Assembly: GCA_028705565.1 (NCBI GenBank)
Contig: JAQWDH010000002.1
Location: forward strand, 40,262 to 104,261
Direction: 5' to 3'
From: Patescibacteria group bacterium
GTDB lineage: Bacteria; Patescibacteriota; Patescibacteriia; Magasanikbacterales; GWA2-37-8
DNA: 64,000 nt
In this document: positions 51,007-59,995 of the stretch, piece after piece
How the letters are laid out: every line of letters starts with the position of its first letter
Position numbering within the stretch: position 1 is the stretch's first letter
Made by a program: the position numbers and the translations under genes
The notes under the pieces: generated by a model
Told to the model about the DNA's origin: nothing
Databases searched by the model: none
What the model saw: only the letters and a program-made list of their open reading frames with translations

Positions 51007-54000
51007 TCAATCCTTTCTGTATTTCGGTTCGTTATCGCTTGCTGTTTTTTCTTTTACCACTTCGTATTCGCCATTTTCATTTCGCGACAACAATTCAACA
51101 TCCATGCACAGACCTTTAAGCTCACGCACTAAAACATTGAATGATTCCGGAACATTGACTTTCTTGATTTCTTCATTTTTGATTATTGACTCATACGCCT
51201 TTGAACGACCCGGCACATCGTCGGATTTGATGGTTAAAATTTCTTGCAAAGTGTGAGCCGCGCCGTATGCCTCCAAAGCCCAAACCTCCATTTCTCCGAA
51301 TCTCTGTCCGCCGAATTGCGCCTTGCCTCCCAACGGCTGTTGAGTTATCAAGCTGTAAGGCCCGACCGAACGTTGGTGTATTTTATCCTCAACCATATGG
51401 TTGAGTTTCAGCATATAATTGTATCCGACTGTTATTTTGTTATCAAATGACTCGCCGGTGCGTCCATCAAAAAGCGTCATTTTTCCATCAGTCGGAAAAC
51501 CGGCTTTTTTCAATTCTTCTTTGATTTGTTCTTCCGAAAGCCCGCCGAAAACCGGGGCCGCCACTTTATATCCCAACGCGTTCGCCGCGAGACCCAAATG
51601 AGTTTCCAAAATTTGCCCCAAATTCATGCGGGACACTACTCCGAGCGGAGATAAAATAATATCAACCGGAGTGCCGTCTTCCAAGAAAGGCATATCCTCA
51701 ACCGGAACGACTTTGGAAATAACGCCTTTGTTTCCATGTCGGCCGGCCATTTTGTCTCCTACTTGAATTTTACGAATATCAGCCACCATCACCTGCACCT
51801 GTTTTATAACTCCGGGCATCAATTTATCTCCATTTTCAGAAGAAAAAACTTTTACCCCGATGACTTTGCCGTGTTCGCCGTGTTCAAGATAAAGAGAAGA
51901 ATCGCGAACATCTCTGGCTTTTTCACCGAATATGGCGCGCAACAATCGTTCTTCCGCGGAAAGCTCGGTTTCTCCTTTCGGACTGATTTTTCCGACCAAA
52001 ATATCTCCGGATTTTACTTCAGCGCCGATTCTGACAATACCCTCGCTGTCCAAATTACTCAACTTTTCTTCGCTGATATTCGGAATATCGGCTGTTACCA
52101 ATTCCGGCCCGAGTTTTGTTTCGCGAACATCAACAGTATAATCTTCAATGTGAATTGACGTAAATCTGTCCTGGCTTACGAGCCGTTCAGAAACAATAAT
52201 CGCGTCTTCATAATTATATCCATGCCAAACCATATATGCCACCAATATATTTTGACCTAAAGCCAACTCATGATTTTTAATTGAAGGCCCATCAGTGAGA
52301 GGGTCGCCTTTTTTCACTTTTTGTCCGGCTTCAACCGTTATGTGCTGGTTAATGCAAGTTGAAGAATTGGAACGGACGAATTTTTTTAAATCGTAAACAT
52401 ATTCTTTGCCGTGTTTATCTTTCAAAATTATATGCTTTCCGTCAGCTTCGGAAATTACTCCGTCAGCGTCCGCCAAAATCACATAACCGGAGTTTAAAGC
52501 CGCCTTATATTCAATGCCTGTGCCGACCATTGGAGGGTCCGGATTGATACACGGCACGGCTTGCCTTTGCATGTTTGTTCCCATGAGAGCCCTGGTCGCG
52601 TCATTGTGTTCCAAAAAAGGAACGCAGGAAGTCGCAACGCTCACGATTTGATTGGAAGCCACATCCAGATATTCTATTGAGGAAGATTGCACCACTGACG
52701 GTTCGCCGCGCACGCGAGCCGAAGAAAACTCTTCAGTAAAATATCCGTCCGTGTCAACTTTGGTCGTCGCCATGGCCGTGATGACTTTTTCTTCCTGAAA
52801 AGCGTCCAGATACACGACTTCGTTTGTCGCGCGCGGACGCACGGATATTTTTTCCTGTTTTAATTTTTCCAATTTTTTGGCGATTTCGGAAGTAATTTTT
52901 GTTCCGTCCTTAATACCGCCGGCATCGCCTCTTAAAATTTCACCTTCCGTAAATTTCGCTTCATTCGGAACTTCGCGCAAAACTTTACAATAAGGAGTTT
53001 CAATAAAACCGAACTCGTTCACTCGCGCGAAACATGAAAGATGATTCACCAAACCGATATTCGGACCTTCGGAAGTTGATATCGGACAAATACGTCCGTA
53101 GTGAGTGGTGTGCACATCGCGCACTTCAAAACCGGCTCTGTCGCGGGAAAGACCTCCTGGACCGAGAGCGCTTACGCGCCGTTTGTGTTCCAATTCGGAC
53201 AACGGATTCGTTTGGTCCATAAATTGGGACAGCTGCGAACTCATAAAAAACTCGCGAATTGCTCCCACAACCGGACGCGCGTTGATAAGTTTGCTTGGAG
53301 TGAGGCCTTCCATCTCATAAGTGCTCATCCTGTCTTTTACAATTCGTTCCATTCTCGCGAGACCGACACGAAAACGATTTTGCGCTAACTCGCCCACCGC
53401 GCGCACGCGGCGATTTCCCAAATGGTCAATGTCATCCGGCGTTTCCTGCGTCACATTCAAACGAACGACTTCTTTTAAAACCAAAAGCAGTTTTTCCGCG
53501 GTCAAAATGCGGTTTTCCTTTTTTTCAAAATCTTCCGGTTTGAGACCTAAACCGAATTTACTGTTAAATTTGTAAACACCGACTTTGCCCAAATCGTATC
53601 TTTCAAAATTTGTGAACATCGCCATGATTAAACTTTTCGCGTTATCGGAAGTTGCCAAATCGCCGGGTCTAATTCTTTTGTAAACTTCAATCATTCCTTC
53701 GTCGGTATTCTTTGCCAAGTCCTTTTTAATTGTCGCGTCAATATAATCCGCGTTCGGATGATTATTTACATCCTTGAATAATTCGGTTATTTCTTCACTG
53801 GAACTATAACCAAAAGCGCGCAACAAAGAAGTGGCCGCCACTTTGCGCTTGCGGTCAACCTTAATCCATATCACATTGTTCATGTCTGTTTCAACTTCAA
53901 TCCAAGCGCCTCTGTTCGGAATAATCTTGCCACCGTAATAATAACGACCGCGAATATTTTCAGCGCTGAAAAATGCGCCCGCGCTTCTGATAAGCTGTAA

Positions 54001-54405
54001 GACCACGGCGCGCTCAATTCCGTTGACGACGAAAGTGCCTCGCGGAGTCATTACCGGAACATCGCCCAAATACACTTCCTGCGATTTTGAAGCTCCTGTG
54101 CGTTTGTTGAAAAGCCGAATGGTAACATGCAGAGGCGCTTCAAAAGTCAAATTTCGCTCGCGGCAAATTGTTTCTTGAAATTTCGGCTCATCCAAATAAT
54201 AACTGTCAAAATACAATTCCAAATCGCGGCCGCTAAAATCCGTGATTGGAGAAATTTCATCAAACAATTCTTTAAGGCCGAATTTAAAAAACCAATCATA
54301 AGAATTTTTTTGGACTTCAATAAGGTCCGGCAAAGGCATCGCGTCCCTTGTTTTTGTAAAAAATTTTCGTTCTAAACTTTTTAGCGGCTGTCTTTTAAAA
54401 ATCAT
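51007..54405 (-). CDS. rpoB: DNA-directed RNA polymerase subunit beta
   Basis: 1132 aa with conserved beta-subunit blocks. Confidence 0.98.
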   Translation of the reverse strand: MIFKRQPLKSLERKFFTKTRDAMPLPDLIEVQKNSYDWFFKFGLKELFDEISPITDFSGRDLELYFDSYYLDEPKFQETICRERNLTFEAPLHVTIRLFNKRTGASKSQEVYLGDVPVMTPRGTFVVNGIERAVVLQLIRSAGAFFSAENIRGRYYYGGKIIPNRGAWIEVETDMNNVIWIKVDRKRKVAATSLLRAFGYSSSEEITELFKDVNNHPNADYIDATIKKDLAKNTDEGMIEVYKRIRPGDLATSDNAKSLIMAMFTNFERYDLGKVGVYKFNSKFGLGLKPEDFEKKENRILTAEKLLLVLKEVVRLNVTQETPDDIDHLGNRRVRAVGELAQNRFRVGLARMERIVKDRMSTYEMEGLTPSKLINARPVVGAIREFFMSSQLSQFMDQTNPLSELEHKRRVSALGPGGLSRDRAGFEVRDVHTTHYGRICPISTSEGPNIGLVNHLSCFARVNEFGFIETPYCKVLREVPNEAKFTEGEILRGDAGGIKDGTKITSEIAKKLEKLKQEKISVRPRATNEVVYLDAFQEEKVITAMATTKVDTDGYFTEEFSSARVRGEPSVVQSSSIEYLDVASNQIVSVATSCVPFLEHNDATRALMGTNMQRQAVPCINPDPPMVGTGIEYKAALNSGYVILADADGVISEADGKHIILKDKHGKEYVYDLKKFVRSNSSTCINQHITVEAGQKVKKGDPLTDGPSIKNHELALGQNILVAYMVWHGYNYEDAIIVSERLVSQDRFTSIHIEDYTVDVRETKLGPELVTADIPNISEEKLSNLDSEGIVRIGAEVKSGDILVGKISPKGETELSAEERLLRAIFGEKARDVRDSSLYLEHGEHGKVIGVKVFSSENGDKLMPGVIKQVQVMVADIRKIQVGDKMAGRHGNKGVISKVVPVEDMPFLEDGTPVDIILSPLGVVSRMNLGQILETHLGLAANALGYKVAAPVFGGLSEEQIKEELKKAGFPTDGKMTLFDGRTGESFDNKITVGYNYMLKLNHMVEDKIHQRSVGPYSLITQQPLGGKAQFGGQRFGEMEVWALEAYGAAHTLQEILTIKSDDVPGRSKAYESIIKNEEIKKVNVPESFNVLVRELKGLCMDVELLSRNENGEYEVVKEKTASDNEPKYRKD

Positions 54406-54503
54406 ACGATAAGTTTTAAAAATTTAATTCATTTATAATTTTAAAATAAAAACAAAAAATTCCGCCCTTTGTTTCAAAGCCGGTTTTTCAGAAGACGATT
54501 TTA

Positions 54504-54545
54504 GTTAAAAAAAGCAAGGATAACATGATTTTTTTATTACCTTGC
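54504..54545 (-). terminator. Attenuator-like hairpin (gcaaggtaat...attaccttgc) plus U7 run in the rpoB 5' leader
   Basis: Stem-loop followed by seven T on the transcribed strand, about 100 nt upstream of the rpoB ATG. Confidence 0.4.
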
Positions 54546-54647
54546 ATACAGCGTGATGCTTTCGTGTGAAAGCCAGCCGTACATCTTTGGCTTAAATAAG
54601 CCAAATTAAAAGCTTTTGTTTACTCTCAAAAATTCAAAAGCACAATA

Positions 54648-54676
54648 ATTATAGCAAACTACGGCGATTTTGTCAA
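54648..54676 (-). promoter_or_regulatory. consensus sigma70 promoter TTGACA-17bp-TATAAT for rpoBC
   Basis: Exact consensus hexamers on the minus strand, about 240 nt upstream of rpoB. Confidence 0.6.
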
Positions 54677-54849
54677 GAGGCGTTTATGCACAGGTTGTTG
54701 GCGCTACCGAACCATAGGATTACCTGCCTGCATACCTACGGTATGTAAACCGGTAGGCAAGCTTCGTTTCCACCCAGGGCGGATCGCAATGACAAACAAC
54801 TGTCATTGTGAACGCGGGCGGCAGGCAGGGGATTTAAAATTTTAAAAAG

Positions 54850-54898
54850 TTATCCACAACTTCGTTCCTTGACTATACGCGTGGATAAATTAAAATTA
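54850..54898. promoter_or_regulatory. Two DnaA-box-like 9-mers in inverted orientation (TTATCCACA at 54850-54858; TTATCCACG on the opposite strand at 54890-54898)
   Basis: Matches the TTATNCACA consensus. An AT-rich tract follows. Confidence 0.3.
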
Positions 54899-55150
54899 TA
54901 TATATACGACAAAGTTTTCCTTCGTCAAGCTGCGATAGAGTCGATGTGTTCAAGGGAACAGATTAATGAAACTACTCTATTTTTTGGACATTTATTTGTT
55001 CAAGGAGGCGTTTACAAAACTAATTTGTTCCATTATTTAACACTTGCGCCTCTTTTCGCAGCTTGAGGGAGGAAAACGTAAAATTATAACCCCTTGCTTC
55101 AAAAAAACGGGGGCTGTATCACGGCTACAACTACAAAATTTATAACAAAC

Positions 55151-55171
55151 AACGCCAAAAAATTTGGCGTT
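55151..55171. terminator. Hairpin aacgccaaa-aaa-tttggcgtt immediately 3' of tRNA-Pro
   Basis: Perfect 9-bp inverted repeat. Confidence 0.5.
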
Positions 55172-55182
55172 GTTTGTATTTG

Positions 55183-55256
55183 TCGGGGCGACACGACTTG
55201 AACGTGCGGCCTCCTGCTCCCAAAGCAGGCGCTCTAGCCAACTGAGCTACGCCCCG
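55183..55256 (-). tRNA. tRNA-Pro (anticodon UGG)
   Basis: Manual fold: acceptor cggggcg/cgccccg, anticodon loop ttTGGga with G37, T-loop ttcaagt, 74 nt, no encoded CCA. Confidence 0.85.
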
Positions 55257-55921
55257 AAATTTTTTGAAATACCGCTAATCCATCCTTTAATTTTATTCAG
55301 TAAAATCACATCGTTTATTCTAATTCTTAAAGTTCCAAAAGGCAAATTATTTTTTCTTTTTAATTTGCTTGACTTGCTTAATTGAAAAGACGGGGAAAGG
55401 AATTGTTTTTTTTGTAATTTTAGTATTTTTGACCAATAATGCAAAGCGTTTTTGAAAGATATGTTTTTATGAATCTGTATTTGAATTTTAATTTTTTCTT
55501 TCGGTATAAAACAAATTTCAGTAAAAAAACGCATCATTATTTTGTTTATAAATGGATCGGAATTTGAAAATATAACATTCCAATTTCCTCTTTTATATCC
55601 CTCCGCCCAATATAAAGAATTTCCAATAAAAAATAAATCTTTTTTTGTTATTTTTTGTATTTGTTTTTCTGATTTTTTTTGTATGGAGACCCATCTTTTA
55701 CGGGCTACCACAGATCTATTTTTGTTATAAGCTGTTATATTTTGAGCCCACTGAATCTTAGCCTTTTTAATATTTTGTTGTTTTATAATTTCAAATTTTT
55801 TTATGTTTTTAAACCAATAACTTAATGTCCCTTTTGGTATATTAAGTTTTTGTGAAATTTCATTATAAGAATATCCATTTTTGCGTAGCTTTGTAGCCAA
55901 ATTTTTTATTTTTTTTTCCAT
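55247..55921 (-). CDS. hypothetical HTH-domain protein (N-terminal resolvase-type HTH; possible homing-endonuclease-like fold, unverified)
   Basis: N-terminal YSYNEISQKLNIPKGTLSYWFKN. Lies between tRNA-Pro and the intron-containing tRNA-Phe; the 3' end overlaps tRNA-Pro by about 10 nt. Confidence 0.4.
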   Translation of the reverse strand: MEKKIKNLATKLRKNGYSYNEISQKLNIPKGTLSYWFKNIKKFEIIKQQNIKKAKIQWAQNITAYNKNRSVVARKRWVSIQKKSEKQIQKITKKDLFFIGNSLYWAEGYKRGNWNVIFSNSDPFINKIMMRFFTEICFIPKEKIKIQIQIHKNISFKNALHYWSKILKLQKKQFLSPSFQLSKSSKLKRKNNLPFGTLRIRINDVILLNKIKGWISGISKNFGA

Positions 55922-56006
55922 AAATTAAAACCCGTGATAATTATAACAATTTTATTATATCACGGGTTTTAATTTCATGCAACTTTCAAAACAAAAGTCA
56001 GCTTTG

Positions 56007-56320
56007 TGCCGAGGGCGAGGATTGAACTCGCGACGCAAGGATTTTCCTTATATTTTCTTTGGTTTTCCAAAGGATCGGACTATATCTTCACCCCAATAAT
56101 ATCGGGGGCAGGGCGCTATTTGCGAGATTATTGTTGGCACTCACTCGCTAGTCTCTACGCCTTCCGAAGAACTTTTATGCCTCTTCGGCTTGGTTCGGAG
56201 TTGCCTTGTCCATTTTAATTAAGGATTTAGGTTTCTCCGAGTTCACCCTGTTTTTAATTCTGAATTACTTCAGAATGGACCGAAAACCAGTCCTTCGCTC
56301 TACCACTGAGCTACCTCGGC
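56007..56320 (-). tRNA. tRNA-Phe (anticodon GAA) interrupted by a 242-nt group I intron in the anticodon loop (exons 56289-56320 and 56007-56046)
   Basis: Joined exons give a canonical 73-nt tRNA: GCCGAGG-UA-GCUC-AGUGGUA-GAGC-G-AAGGA-cuGAAaa-UCCUU-GCGUC-GCGAG-UUCAAUC-CUCGC-CCUCGGC-A. Confidence 0.8.
56047..56288 (-). ncRNA. group I self-splicing intron (candidate) inserted after U33 of tRNA-Phe
   Basis: P1 pairs exon GGACU with intron GGUCC, giving a U-G pair at the 5' splice site. P2 hairpin is auucugaa/uucagaau. Conserved R/S-like elements GACUA and AAGAUAUAGUCC form P7. Terminal hairpin is cuuugg-aaaa-ccaaag. The 3'-terminal G sits before exon 2. Confidence 0.7.
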
Positions 56321-56328
56321 TTTATTAG

Positions 56329-56401
56329 TGGACCGACGGGGAATCGAACCCCGGACCTCCGCCTTGCAAAGGCGTTGCTCTACCAGCTGAGCTATCGGCC
56401 C
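56329..56401 (-). tRNA. tRNA-Ala (anticodon UGC)
   Basis: Manual fold of 73 nt: anticodon loop uuUGCaa, G3-U70 wobble and A73 (Ala identity elements), T-loop ttcgatt. Confidence 0.8.
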
Positions 56402-56505
56402 GCATTTCGTTTCCCAAATGTCTAAAAACAAAAATAGCATACCAAAAATTCACAAAAAAGTCAACTGGTGATATAATACAATAAATTTATTAACTTAAAA
56501 TTTTT

Positions 56506-56910
56506 ATGCTTGACTTAATTTATTTTGCCCAAATCGTCTATGCGTCTTTCCTCGGCGCGATTTTGGGGTGGCAAAGAGCGAGGTGGGGCAAATCAGCCGG
56601 CTCGCGCACTTACGCGCTTGTTACCGCAGGTTCCGCGCTTTTTACTTTGCTTTCAATCAACGCTTTCGGTTTAGGAAGCGATGTTAGCCGCGTGGCTTCG
56701 CAAATAGTCGTCGGCATCGGCTTTTTAGGCGCCGGCACGATACTCCATAAAGAAAATCGCGTGGAAGGTCTTACCACCGCCGCCGGCCTCTGGATAGCCG
56801 CCGCAATCGGCATGGCGGTCGGAACCGGATATTACACTCTCGCCGCCGCCACCACCGCCCTTATGCTCATAATCCTGTTTTTAGACAGAAGCAAAACAGA
56901 AGAAAAATGA
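56506..56910 (+). CDS. mgtC: MgtC/SapB family membrane protein
   Basis: MgtC N-terminal domain pattern (GWQRA..GKSAG.RT..LV..GSALFT) with 4 TM helices. Confidence 0.75.
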   Translation: MLDLIYFAQIVYASFLGAILGWQRARWGKSAGSRTYALVTAGSALFTLLSINAFGLGSDVSRVASQIVVGIGFLGAGTILHKENRVEGLTTAAGLWIAAAIGMAVGTGYYTLAAATTALMLIILFLDRSKTEEK

Positions 56911-56955
56911 CACACCGCGGAACTACGCCATCAGTGTGTCATTGGTCATTTGGAT

Positions 56956-57342
56956 TTATCGCACATGATAATCCCTCAAAACTTCCACTTCTTCCACTAT
57001 GACTTTCAAAAGCCCGACAGTCGCGGCTTGCGCTTCCAATTCCGTTTTGCTGTTCACAAATTTTTGCCATTTGTCCAAAATTTTAGGATTATTAAGCTCG
57101 CGCACATTGTTTTCTAGTTTCAACCGCGTTTCAAAATCAACTTCGGACTTCGTTTCCAAAACTTTCTCAACGAACATTTTATAAAATTCCAAAATTTTGG
57201 TCACATCGGTCCTTTTTTGCAAATATGACTGCGCCACCGACAGCTCGCTTTTTAACATTATGGCTCGGCAGGCGAAATAAATATTTCCCGCGACCAACAA
57301 GGCGATAATTACCGCTAACAACACAATTTTCTTTTTTGACAT
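56956..57342 (-). CDS. hypothetical membrane-anchored protein
   Basis: N-terminal TM helix, then a coiled-coil region. Confidence 0.4.
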   Translation of the reverse strand: MSKKKIVLLAVIIALLVAGNIYFACRAIMLKSELSVAQSYLQKRTDVTKILEFYKMFVEKVLETKSEVDFETRLKLENNVRELNNPKILDKWQKFVNSKTELEAQAATVGLLKVIVEEVEVLRDYHVR

Positions 57343-57399
57343 ATAATATATAAATTATGGAATTATGAATTTTGGAATTTCTTAATACCATTCTGCCCG

Positions 57400-59811
57400 C
57401 TACGTCGTTCCTCTCTTCCTGTCCTTATAAAAATTAAACGCCAAAAGCATCGCAACCAAAATCAACGAGCAAGTTTTCCAATCAAGCATTTTTAGCCACC
57501 AATTTTTTGTCTTCATTTCAATATTGAAATGCACACCGCTTCCTTCTTTTACTTCAAATGGCCTGCCTTCATACGACAAATAACCTGGCGCTTCGGCGCG
57601 CACGTAATAAGTTCCTTCCGGCACGAGGAACGAGTATTTACCTGTAATATCCGTGATTTGCGGGTTGTCCTGTTGATAATCTTTTGCCGGCCACAATTCG
57701 TATTGATGTGTTGACGGATTAAACCAATTTATCGTCACGATAACACCCGGGATGCGGGCTTCTTTTCCGGCCATTTTTTCAAAAACATAACCTTCCGGGT
57801 CAATAACCGCGATCAACCGGATTTGTCTCTTGCCTAGATCAGGGTCAATATAATCCATCACTGTTATAATTTCATATTCGCCTTCCATAACAGGCGCCTG
57901 GATGACGGCAGTATAGATGCCGTCTTTTTCCGGGTCAGCATAATCAAATTCTTGTAAAACCAATTTTTCTTCCAATCTTACCGGCTGTTCTTCCGGCTGC
58001 GCCAACGCTGGATTTTGGAAAATGATTGAACCGATAACCGAGCTGAACGGTATTTCGCTGATAAATTTTTTAATGAAAGATTCTTCTTTGGCTTCCGCGA
58101 CAGGAATACCGAACAAAGCATTTTTAATTGTCATGGCAAATCCATTGTCCATCGTCTGTTGACTAACCGACTGTCTCTTTGACCTATACACCAAATACCC
58201 CTTCACCCCCCTCACTTTTCCATCGGGTTTTACGATAAGAGTAATTTCTTTTCCGGCAATCGTTGTTATTTTTTCTTCGGCTCTGCCTGAATTATCCACA
58301 GACAAAATCATATTAAAATCAATCAGCTCTCCGCCGGATTTTGCGAAAATAATTTCGGACGGAAGTTTATTTTTTTCCGCCTTGTTCAATTTTGCCAAAG
58401 GCAGTCCTTTCAAAAATCCAAACTCTTTAACATCCATTCCGGTTTTAGGAGTCGCGACTGTTTCGCTGAATCCAGGCAAAGAAAACGCTATTTCATTCAA
58501 ACGGGAAACATCGGACATTCTTTTTATGCCCAATTTGTTAAATGTGTCGCTCAAACGAGGAAAACTTTTTGCCAATTGGCTGATGCTTTTTGGCAATGGC
58601 GCGAAAACGAATTGGCGAATCTGTTTTTCAGGCATCAAAACATATTTTCCGCGCATTGAATACGGAGGAATTTTGGAAACCATTTTTTCTATCGGAACTA
58701 TTTCTTCATGCGTAGGTAATTTCGGTTTTAAAAACCCGGGCAAAATCGGCGATAAAATCTCGCGTATTCTTTCCAAGATGGTTTTTTCTTTCGGAGTTGT
58801 TGGAGCAACAGGTTTTTCTTCAACCGGCGAGGTTATTATTTCTTCTTCCACATCTTCGGTCGGAACGACAAGACGGAAAATTATTGAATCCGAATAAACA
58901 TCGGATGTCCTTCCCCATTGGGTATAAAATTTCGCGTAAACCGAACACTCAATATCGTTTGGCGGAACGACCGATGAATCCCTGTATGCTTTCCAGATTT
59001 GTTCCAAATCCACTGTTCCGGATTCTTGCCCTTTATATTTGCAGTTCATAAGAGTCCAAGGAATTTCATTTTGAAAAGGCAATAAATTCGCGCCAACAAA
59101 ATCGGATGTGTTGGAAATCGCCACTCTATCCGTATCGGTTCCGGCTGATAATTTTAAAACGACCATATCGCTGTCGGTGTAAACATCGCCATTATTAATT
59201 ACAATTGATAAATCCGCCACGCTCGGCGAACTGTAAGCCGCGGACGGGATATTTCCTCCTCCGCTGCTGTCTGTCTCATCAGTGTCGGTAAGCGAATCGC
59301 AACCGCTGTCAGACGGATAATCTATTTTGCCGTCTCTATCATCATCGGTTGAATTATTACAAGCCGGCCTCGCGGTTCTCGGACGCCAATCCGTGCGCGT
59401 ATCGCAATTATCGCAATCAAAAGTCAGGGTTCCGATCACATCGCCAGTCGCTGTTCCGCCAAATTTTCCGCTGGAATTTATTGTTACGCCGGAAAAATCA
59501 ATCCAACCGACATTTTCTCCCCATGCATTGCCAGACAAAGTTCCGTTATTATTATTTTTAACTCCGCTTTTAGTCGGATTCAAATTTATCCAACCGTAAT
59601 TTTCGCTCCACGCGTATCCGCTTAATTCAGAATCTGTAATGCTCACAGCGCCATTCGTATTTCCGAAATTTATCCATCCGATTCTGTCAGACCAGCCGTA
59701 TTTATAAGACGAATCAACAGTTCCGCTGGTGGAAGAAGCAAAAACAAAACCCGGGCTTAACAGCATAGCAAAGCCGATGAGAAATATAAGTTTTAATTTA
59801 TTTTTTAACAT
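57400..59811 (-). CDS. large secreted or surface protein (signal peptide, GWINF repeat units, carboxypeptidase-regulatory-like beta-sandwich, C-terminal TM anchor)
   Basis: Signal peptide MLKNKLKLIFLIGFAMLLSPGFVFA. Repeated YGWINL/VGWIDF units. C-terminal hydrophobic segment plus basic tail. Confidence 0.55.
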   Translation of the reverse strand: MLKNKLKLIFLIGFAMLLSPGFVFASSTSGTVDSSYKYGWSDRIGWINFGNTNGAVSITDSELSGYAWSENYGWINLNPTKSGVKNNNNGTLSGNAWGENVGWIDFSGVTINSSGKFGGTATGDVIGTLTFDCDNCDTRTDWRPRTARPACNNSTDDDRDGKIDYPSDSGCDSLTDTDETDSSGGGNIPSAAYSSPSVADLSIVINNGDVYTDSDMVVLKLSAGTDTDRVAISNTSDFVGANLLPFQNEIPWTLMNCKYKGQESGTVDLEQIWKAYRDSSVVPPNDIECSVYAKFYTQWGRTSDVYSDSIIFRLVVPTEDVEEEIITSPVEEKPVAPTTPKEKTILERIREILSPILPGFLKPKLPTHEEIVPIEKMVSKIPPYSMRGKYVLMPEKQIRQFVFAPLPKSISQLAKSFPRLSDTFNKLGIKRMSDVSRLNEIAFSLPGFSETVATPKTGMDVKEFGFLKGLPLAKLNKAEKNKLPSEIIFAKSGGELIDFNMILSVDNSGRAEEKITTIAGKEITLIVKPDGKVRGVKGYLVYRSKRQSVSQQTMDNGFAMTIKNALFGIPVAEAKEESFIKKFISEIPFSSVIGSIIFQNPALAQPEEQPVRLEEKLVLQEFDYADPEKDGIYTAVIQAPVMEGEYEIITVMDYIDPDLGKRQIRLIAVIDPEGYVFEKMAGKEARIPGVIVTINWFNPSTHQYELWPAKDYQQDNPQITDITGKYSFLVPEGTYYVRAEAPGYLSYEGRPFEVKEGSGVHFNIEMKTKNWWLKMLDWKTCSLILVAMLLAFNFYKDRKRGTT

Positions 59812-59995
59812 GTTTTTTATTCATTTATAATCAATCAGCGATTTGGAAGTAGTTTCTTTTTTTTCGCTGATATAAGCTAAAATTTTTTTGATGTATCTGT
59901 ACGCATATATAGTTGATAGTTTATTATCAACTATAAACTACCGCATTTAAATTAAAGCTGTCAATTTTGTCTGTCCGTTGTCCATTTACTCACTG

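Noticed and set aside
47089-54405. Many plus-strand ORFs of 60-220 aa inside rpoB/rpoC, fusA, ileS and uvrD
   Set aside because: They are antisense overlaps of long, well-supported genes, with low-complexity translations.
56329-56401. Initial reading of this tRNA as tRNA-Cys(GCA)
   Set aside because: Strict cloverleaf numbering puts UGC at positions 34-36, and G3-U70 plus A73 are alanine identity elements. The gene is tRNA-Ala.
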